Shown one piece after another: positions 37,168 through 42,566 of a DNA stretch of 42,566 nt (position 1 is its first letter; each line of letters begins with the position of its first letter). Origin of the DNA: Prevotella sp. GTDB taxonomy: Bacteria; Bacteroidota; Bacteroidia; Bacteroidales; Bacteroidaceae. Made by a program: the position numbers and the translations under genes. The stretch is from contig JAFUVC010000010.1 of the NCBI GenBank assembly GCA_017483785.1, positions 1 through 42,566 of the forward strand, written 5' to 3'. The notes under the pieces are model-generated. The model saw only the letters and a list, made by a program, of their open reading frames with translations, searched no databases and was not told the origin of the DNA.

Positions 37168-38172
37168 ATGAAAAAGTCGATTCTCTGGGCGCTGATTTGG
37201 CTGAGTTTTGGCCTTTCTGCGCCTGCAAAAACGCAACAGCAGCCGATTATCGTGGCTTATGTGGCCTCGTGGGGCACGCAGCGAATGCCCGACCCGTCGC
37301 TCATGACCCATCTCAACTATGCTTTTGGCAATGTGACGAAGACTTTCGACGGCGTGAGCATCCAAAACACCGATTTCCTACTGAAAGTGATGAAACTCAA
37401 GGAGCGCAATCCGAAATTGAAGATTATCCTTTCCATCGGCGGGTGGACGGCCGGAAACTTCAGCGAGATGGCTGCCGACGAGCGTTGCCGACTGTCGTTT
37501 GCACGCGATTGCAAGCGCGTGGTCGATGAATACGGCTTCGACGGCATCGACATCGACTGGGAATATCCCACGAGCGACGAGGCCGGAATCAGTTGCTCGC
37601 CCGACGACACCGACAATTTCACCCTGCTCATGCGCGACATCCGTGCCGCCATCGGCAAGCAGAAACTGCTCACCATCGCCACCATCGCCGACGCGAAATA
37701 CATCGACTTCCGTGCCTGCATGAAATACCTCGACTTCGTGAACATCATGGCCTACGACGTTGCCAATCCGCCCAAGCACCACACCACGCTCTACCGGTCG
37801 GCGCTCTCGGGCCGAATCACGGTTGAAGAGGCCGTTCAGGCGCACCTGAAAGCCGGAGTTCCGCGCCAGAAACTCACGCTCGGAATGCCGCTCTACGGGC
37901 GCGGCGCAAGCAACAAAGTCTTGGGAAATTTCGTCAAAACGGGCGAAACGGGCGGACAATACAAGCGCATGTGGGACGACGTGGGCAAAGTGCCCTATCT
38001 GGCCGACGACGAGGGGAAACTCGTCCTGGCCTACGACAGCCCCGTGTCGCTCGCGTGGAAATGCCGCTACATCAAGGAACAGGGACTGCTCGGCGCCATG
38101 TATTGGGAATGCACCGAAGACAACGACCAACTCGAGGGAATGCGCTCGATTTGGCTCTATCTGATGAAATAA
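37168..38172 (+). CDS. Glycoside hydrolase family 18 (chitinase-like)
   Basis: Signal peptide, THLNYAF, LSIGGW, catalytic FDGIDIDWEYP, MAYD, GAMYW. Confidence 0.93.
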   Translation: MKKSILWALIWLSFGLSAPAKTQQQPIIVAYVASWGTQRMPDPSLMTHLNYAFGNVTKTFDGVSIQNTDFLLKVMKLKERNPKLKIILSIGGWTAGNFSEMAADERCRLSFARDCKRVVDEYGFDGIDIDWEYPTSDEAGISCSPDDTDNFTLLMRDIRAAIGKQKLLTIATIADAKYIDFRACMKYLDFVNIMAYDVANPPKHHTTLYRSALSGRITVEEAVQAHLKAGVPRQKLTLGMPLYGRGASNKVLGNFVKTGETGGQYKRMWDDVGKVPYLADDEGKLVLAYDSPVSLAWKCRYIKEQGLLGAMYWECTEDNDQLEGMRSIWLYLMK

Positions 38173-38832
38173 CTACAGTTTCGGGCCGAAGCAAAGGTCA
38201 CCGCAGTCGCCGAATCCCGGAACGATGTATTTATGGTCGTTCATTTCGGGGTCGATGGCTGCGCACCAAACGGTGACATCGGCATCGCCTACGGCCTGTC
38301 GCACCACGCTGATGCCCTCTTCCGTGCCAATCACGCAGGCAATGTGCACACATTTCGGCTTTCCCGTGCCGAGGAAGGCCTCGTAGGCCGCTGCCATCGA
38401 GCCGCCCGTGGCCAGCATCGGATCGACAATCAGCAAGGTTTTCCCCTCTACGCTGGGCGACGCGATATACTCCGTGTGAACGCCCACCTCGGTATGTTCG
38501 CGGTTTTTATACATTCGGAAAGCCGAAATGAAAGCACTCTCAGCATGGTCGAAAAACGCGAGAAACCCCTCGTGGAAAGGCAGTCCGGCGCGTAGCACCG
38601 TGGCCACGACCATCGGGTCGGAGGGCACGGCCACGGGAGCCTCGCCCAGCGGCGTCGTCACGTTCACCGTCTCGTAGTTGAGTTCCCGCGAAATCTCGTA
38701 GGCCATACACATCCCGATGCGCTCAATGTTGTTGCGGAAGAGCAGTCGGTTTTTCTGATACTCCGTGTCGCGAATCTCTGCCAGAAAGCGGTTCATGACC
38801 GTGTTCTGCTCGCTTAAATTGACTACTTTCAT
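38173..38832 (-). CDS. upp: Uracil phosphoribosyltransferase
   Basis: VTTPLG, VLRAGLPF, VDPMLATGGS, YIVPGFGDCGD. -7 box TATCTTTG at 38858-38865. Confidence 0.95.
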   Translation of the reverse strand: MKVVNLSEQNTVMNRFLAEIRDTEYQKNRLLFRNNIERIGMCMAYEISRELNYETVNVTTPLGEAPVAVPSDPMVVATVLRAGLPFHEGFLAFFDHAESAFISAFRMYKNREHTEVGVHTEYIASPSVEGKTLLIVDPMLATGGSMAAAYEAFLGTGKPKCVHIACVIGTEEGISVVRQAVGDADVTVWCAAIDPEMNDHKYIVPGFGDCGDLCFGPKL

Positions 38833-38880
38833 AATTGTTTTCTTGATAATTTCTCGGCAAAGATACGAAAAAAAATAGAA

Positions 38881-39879
38881 TTACTCTTTTTTTCTTGTTA
38901 TAATTACGGAGAAAATCATCGACAACGCCAAAACGCCGAAAATAATCGCGAGGCTGAGCGGCGTCGGCACTTCCACATGGGGCACGTTGAGGTGCAGCCC
39001 CACGAGTTCGCCCAGCGCATTGACGTATTCGTTCATGGCCAGCAGCATTTTCAGGCCGACGAAAATCAGGATGATTCCAAGGCCGTATTTCAGGTATTTG
39101 AAGTACTTCGCAATGGCGGCGAGGGCGAAATAGAGCGCGCGGAGGCCCAGAATGGCGAAGATGTTCGAGGTGAGCACGATGAACGGGTCGCGCGAGACGC
39201 TGAACACGGCGGGAATGCTATCGACGGCAAAGGCCACGACGGAGTTTTCAATGACGATCAGTGCCACGAAAAGCGGCGTGGCAATGCGTTTCCCGTTCGC
39301 GACGATGAAGAAGCGGTCGCCGTGCATCTGGTCTGTGACGGGGAAAATTCGCCTGAAGAGTTTCACGAAGATGTTTTTCGACGGGTCCATGTGGTCGTCA
39401 TCGTCGTGGGTGAACATTTTTGCGCCCGTGTAGAGCAAAAACAGGCCGAAAATGCCCAGAATCCACTCGAATCGCTCGACCATGGCCGCTCCTGCAAAGA
39501 TGAAGATGCTGCGAAGAACGAGTGCGCCGAAAATGCCCCAGAAAAGCACTTCGTGCTGGTATTTCCGCTCGATACCGAAGAAAGTGAAAAGCATCAGGAA
39601 GACAAAGAGATTGTCCATCGACAGCGACTTCTCTATCAAGTAGCCCGCGAGGAACTCCACCGCCTTTTCGTGGGGCTCGACGGGATAAAACAGGTAGATT
39701 CCGGCGCAAAACACCAGCGAAACGGCTATCCACACGGCCGTCATCCGCAGTGCCTCGCCCACGTTCACCTCGTGTTGGCCTTTCTTTCCAAACATTTTCA
39801 GGTCGGCAATGAGCATCATGATCACCGCCGTATAGAACACTATCCACGCCCACATGGGCATTCCCATCATTGTTGTCAT
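38881..39879 (-). CDS. TerC/Alx family metal homeostasis membrane protein
   Basis: GYLIEKSLSMDNLFVF, QHEVLFWGIFGALVLR, FAVDSIPA, TSNIFAILGLRALYF. Confidence 0.93.
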   Translation of the reverse strand: MTTMMGMPMWAWIVFYTAVIMMLIADLKMFGKKGQHEVNVGEALRMTAVWIAVSLVFCAGIYLFYPVEPHEKAVEFLAGYLIEKSLSMDNLFVFLMLFTFFGIERKYQHEVLFWGIFGALVLRSIFIFAGAAMVERFEWILGIFGLFLLYTGAKMFTHDDDDHMDPSKNIFVKLFRRIFPVTDQMHGDRFFIVANGKRIATPLFVALIVIENSVVAFAVDSIPAVFSVSRDPFIVLTSNIFAILGLRALYFALAAIAKYFKYLKYGLGIILIFVGLKMLLAMNEYVNALGELVGLHLNVPHVEVPTPLSLAIIFGVLALSMIFSVIITRKKE

Positions 39880-39884
39880 TTATA

Positions 39885-39928
39885 ATTTACAATTTACGGA
39901 TTTACAATTTACAATTTATCGATTTACG
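39885..39928. repeat. Six ATTTAC(A/G) 7/8-nt units between the kinase gene and terC
   Basis: atttaca atttacgg atttaca atttaca atttatcg atttacg. The kinase TAA stop (39924-39926) lies inside the array. Confidence 0.8.
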
Positions 39929-40868
39929 ATTGATTTTTGTCGCCCTCTTTCAGCACGAAGTCGAACCGCAGACCGCCATTTTCGGTGAGACGGGCGGCGA
40001 TTTTTCCGCCATGCAACACGACGGCATTCTTCACGATGGCCAGTCCGAGGCCCGTGCCGCCCATTTCCCTGCTTCGCCCTTTGTCCACCCGATAGAACCG
40101 CTCGAAAAGCCGTGGCAGGTGCTCGGGAGCGACGCCCACGCCGTTGTCGCTGAAGGCGAAATGCCACCCGTCGGGCTGGCGGTCGGCCGTGAGCGTGATG
40201 GTAGTGCCTCGTCCGGCATAGTTGAGGGCGTTGTCGGTGAGATTCCGGAAAATTCCGTAGAGCAACTGCCAATTTCCCTGCACGCAAATGTCCTCGGGCA
40301 GGCAGTTTCTGAACGTCATCTGACGGGCGGCGAGCGCATGTTCCGACTCAAGCACGATGTCGGCCACCATTGCCGAAATGTCGATTCGCTCCTTTTGCAG
40401 CATGGCGGCGGCGTAGTCCATCTTGTTGAGCGTGGAAATGTCTTGCAGGAGGGCCGAGAGTCGCTGTGCCTGGGCATTTGTGCGCTCGATGAACTTGTTT
40501 TTCGTGGCGTCGTCGATATCGGGCGTGTCGAGAATCGTCTCGGTGTAGCCCAAGATGCTGGTCACGGGCGTTTTCAGTTCGTGGGCGATGTTTTGCGTCA
40601 GTTCGCGGCGCAGTTGGTTTTGCTTTTCCTGCTGTTCGCGGCTGATTCGCTCGTCCATTCGACGCGCATAGTGGTGCAGGAGCCAGCCCAGCCCCGCCAT
40701 CACCACGAGCGAGAACGCCAGCAGATGCCAGTCGCTGACTTCGCTGAGCGGATGAAAATATTTTCGGTCGTAGTCCTCGAAAATCATGAAAATCGTGGCA
40801 TAGACGGTAAAGACAACCATCACGCTCACCCACATTTTCCGACCTTCAGACAACTTTTTCATGCTCAT
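39924..40868 (-). CDS. PhoR-like sensor histidine kinase (2 TM, very short extracytoplasmic loop)
   Basis: H-box NIAHELKTPVTSILGY, NLTDNALNYA, DNGVG, HLPRLFERFYRVDKGRSREMGGTGLGLAIVK. Confidence 0.9.
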   Translation of the reverse strand: MSMKKLSEGRKMWVSVMVVFTVYATIFMIFEDYDRKYFHPLSEVSDWHLLAFSLVVMAGLGWLLHHYARRMDERISREQQEKQNQLRRELTQNIAHELKTPVTSILGYTETILDTPDIDDATKNKFIERTNAQAQRLSALLQDISTLNKMDYAAAMLQKERIDISAMVADIVLESEHALAARQMTFRNCLPEDICVQGNWQLLYGIFRNLTDNALNYAGRGTTITLTADRQPDGWHFAFSDNGVGVAPEHLPRLFERFYRVDKGRSREMGGTGLGLAIVKNAVVLHGGKIAARLTENGGLRFDFVLKEGDKNQS

Positions 40869-41566
40869 TCTTCGACATTCTTCAATTCTTCAAAACAATA
40901 TCCGAAGCCCTGCCGGGCTACGATGCAGGCGGAATATCGGCCGATTTTCTTCCGTAATCGGGCAATGTTGACATCCACGGCGCGGTCGGTGACGATTACG
41001 CCCCGAGGCCATGCCCCGTCGAGCAGTTGCTGGCGCGAGAGCACCTGTCCGCGATGGGTGAGCAGCAGGAGCAGCAGTTCAAATTCCGTCTTGGTCAGCA
41101 GGGTTTCCTCGCCCTCGACCACCACTTTCTTCTGTTTCAGGTCGATGAGCAGGCCCTCGTAGCGCTCCTCGGCCTGCGGCGACTGGTGAACGCTCCGGCT
41201 GAGCACGGCTTTCACCCTCGCCAGCACCTCGCGCACGGAAAACGGCTTGGTGATGTAGTCGTCGGCACCGAGGTCGAAGCCCTGCAACAGGTCATTTTCC
41301 GCATCTTTCGCCGTCAAGAAGATGATGGGCAGCGGCGCGGTGGAGGGGCTGTTTTTCAGCCGCTCGGCGAGTTCAAATCCCGACATTCCGGGCATCATCA
41401 CGTCGAGCAGCAGCAAGTCGTACGATTTTCCGTCGGCAAGACGCTCCAAAGCCTGCTCTGCCGAATATGCCGCATCGGCCTCGTAGCCTGCGGCCTCGAG
41501 GTTGTAGAGCAGGATTTCACACAAATCGCGCTCATCGTCAACCACCAATATTCGTTTCTTTTCCAT
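40865..41566 (-). CDS. OmpR/PhoB family response regulator
   Basis: ILVVDDE, LLDVMMP, IIFLTAK, GADDYITKPF, winged helix LTKTEFELL...DRAVDVNIARLRKK. Start at ATG 41566. Confidence 0.93.
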   Translation of the reverse strand: MEKKRILVVDDERDLCEILLYNLEAAGYEADAAYSAEQALERLADGKSYDLLLLDVMMPGMSGFELAERLKNSPSTAPLPIIFLTAKDAENDLLQGFDLGADDYITKPFSVREVLARVKAVLSRSVHQSPQAEERYEGLLIDLKQKKVVVEGEETLLTKTEFELLLLLLTHRGQVLSRQQLLDGAWPRGVIVTDRAVDVNIARLRKKIGRYSACIVARQGFGYCFEELKNVEE

Positions 41567-41575
41567 TTTCGCGTG

Positions 41576-41583
41576 CAAATTTA
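41576..41583 (-). promoter_or_regulatory. -7 promoter box (TAAATTTG) for the regulator-kinase-terC genes
   Basis: TAnnTTTG only 9 nt before the ATG. Confidence 0.5.
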
Positions 41584-41611
41584 CAAATAAACGGGCAAAA
41601 TTCCAAAGTAT

Positions 41612-42566
41612 TTATTTCCCAAATCGCGCTTCGACGACATTCACGACGTAATCGCCGAGTTTTTCGCATTCGTTGACCACATCGGCAAACATCGTGCCGA
41701 GGGCGTAGTCGTAGTCGCGGTTGTTGATGGCCCGAATGTTGTCCGACTTCAGTCGCTGTCGCATGCTGTTGATGTCGTTTTCGATGCGGAACGTGTCGCG
41801 AATGCTGTGTTCTTCACGCCTTCCGCGCATCACCACGTTCATCTGCGTCAGCGCCTCGTCGCAGAGCACCATGATGGCCCGAAGTTGGCTCAACTGGCCG
41901 CCCTCGAACACCAATCCCGACTCCAGCCTCCGGTTGAGCGTGCGCGCCAAGTTGTAGCAGGCATCGCCGATGCTCTCCAACTCGCTGATCTGGCGCATCA
42001 TCTGGCGCACTTTCGCCTTGGTTTCATCGCTCAGGTGGCCCATGCCCACCTGCTCCAAATAGCGGGCGATTTCAATCTCCACACGGTCGGTAAAGTCTTC
42101 CTGTCGGCCAATTTCGGCGAAGATTTCCGCGAATTTCTTGTCGTCTGTTTCTTCGAGCAACTGTCTGACAAGGCCAAACATCTGCTGGACGCGACGGCCA
42201 AACTGCACCGTTTCCTTCTGAGCCTGCAAGACGGCAATTTCGGGCGTCTGAATGAGATTGGCCTGAAGGTATTGCAGGTGGAATTCCTCGGCTTCTGACT
42301 GCTCGGAACCCGATTTTTCCTCTGTTTTTGCAGGAATCAGCCAGCAAACCAAGCGTTCCAACTGCGGAATGAGCCCGATGAGGATGGCGGTGTTGGTGAC
42401 GTTGAAACAGGTGTGGAACATCGCCAGAACCACAGGCAACTGCTCCGTCTGGCCGTCAACCGACGGCTCGTAGCCCGCCAACTGGCAGACCACATCGACA
42501 AACGGGTAAAACACCGCCAGCACCCACACCACGCCAAACACATTGAACAGCAGATGGGCCAGCGCA
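41612..42566 (-). CDS. Second Na/Pi cotransporter with PhoU-like C-terminus (5' truncated by the window edge)
   Basis: Frame is open to the edge (ALAHLLFNVFG...). Paralogous to 33578..35311: FHTCFNV, LSDETKAK, ISELESIGDACYN, NECEKLGDYVVNVVEAR. Confidence 0.92.
   Translation of the reverse strand, partial: ALAHLLFNVFGVVWVLAVFYPFVDVVCQLAGYEPSVDGQTEQLPVVLAMFHTCFNVTNTAILIGLIPQLERLVCWLIPAKTEEKSGSEQSEAEEFHLQYLQANLIQTPEIAVLQAQKETVQFGRRVQQMFGLVRQLLEETDDKKFAEIFAEIGRQEDFTDRVEIEIARYLEQVGMGHLSDETKAKVRQMMRQISELESIGDACYNLARTLNRRLESGLVFEGGQLSQLRAIMVLCDEALTQMNVVMRGRREEHSIRDTFRIENDINSMRQRLKSDNIRAINNRDYDYALGTMFADVVNECEKLGDYVVNVVEARFGK

Noticed and set aside
31283-38172. GH20 plus GH18 as a chitin-utilisation locus
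   Set aside because: The genes are on opposite strands, separated by unrelated genes, in different operons, with no adjacent SusC/D.
10022-38175. Genome-wide reassignment of TAG to an amino acid
   Set aside because: TAG ends four genes at plausible C-termini (ATPase ...SLKDM, CPBP, YoeB ...GHYGDK, upp ...GPKL). The two internal TAGs also correspond to different expected residues (aromatic vs Ser/Thr).

Overview
A 42.6 kb chromosomal window of a Bacteroidales genome, most likely Prevotellaceae. The evidence is SusC/SusD genes, a T9SS C-terminal signal, TAnnTTTG promoter boxes and GC-rich third codon positions. In order: (1) the end of a fasciclin-fasciclin-SusC-SusD outer-membrane locus; (2) a compact ornithine/carbamoyl-phosphate cluster, pruA (broken by an in-frame TAG) <- -> pyrB-pyrI-argF-arcC -> <- rocD; (3) a lower-GC islet with a small YxxP-motif peptide, a fimbrillin-like lipoprotein and an AAA ATPase/nuclease; (4) housekeeping genes CPBP protease, ribF, HAD phosphatase and DUF3332; (5) an accessory block with a mosaic PA/Ig/LRR T9SS cargo gene (also broken by an in-frame TAG), two toxin-antitoxin pairs and a structured leader element; (6) wbqC-lepB-(ORF6N insert)-dapB-mgtC-GH20; (7) PH-domain protein, Na/Pi cotransporter, nucleoside kinase, GH18, upp, terC, a PhoR/PhoB-like pair and a second Na/Pi cotransporter. 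I saw no rRNA, tRNA, CRISPR array, transposase, integrase or reverse transcriptase. The most notable unexplained signals are dispersed short repeats (7-9 nt tandem units and a REP-like GC palindrome) that sit at gene junctions and have entered coding sequence in frame (wbqC, dapB), the carbamoyl-phosphate cluster with no arcA or carAB in the window, the peptide-fimbrillin pair, a putative homopolymer-controlled attenuator, and two TAG-CAG interruptions. All family calls come from recognised motifs, not from database searches.
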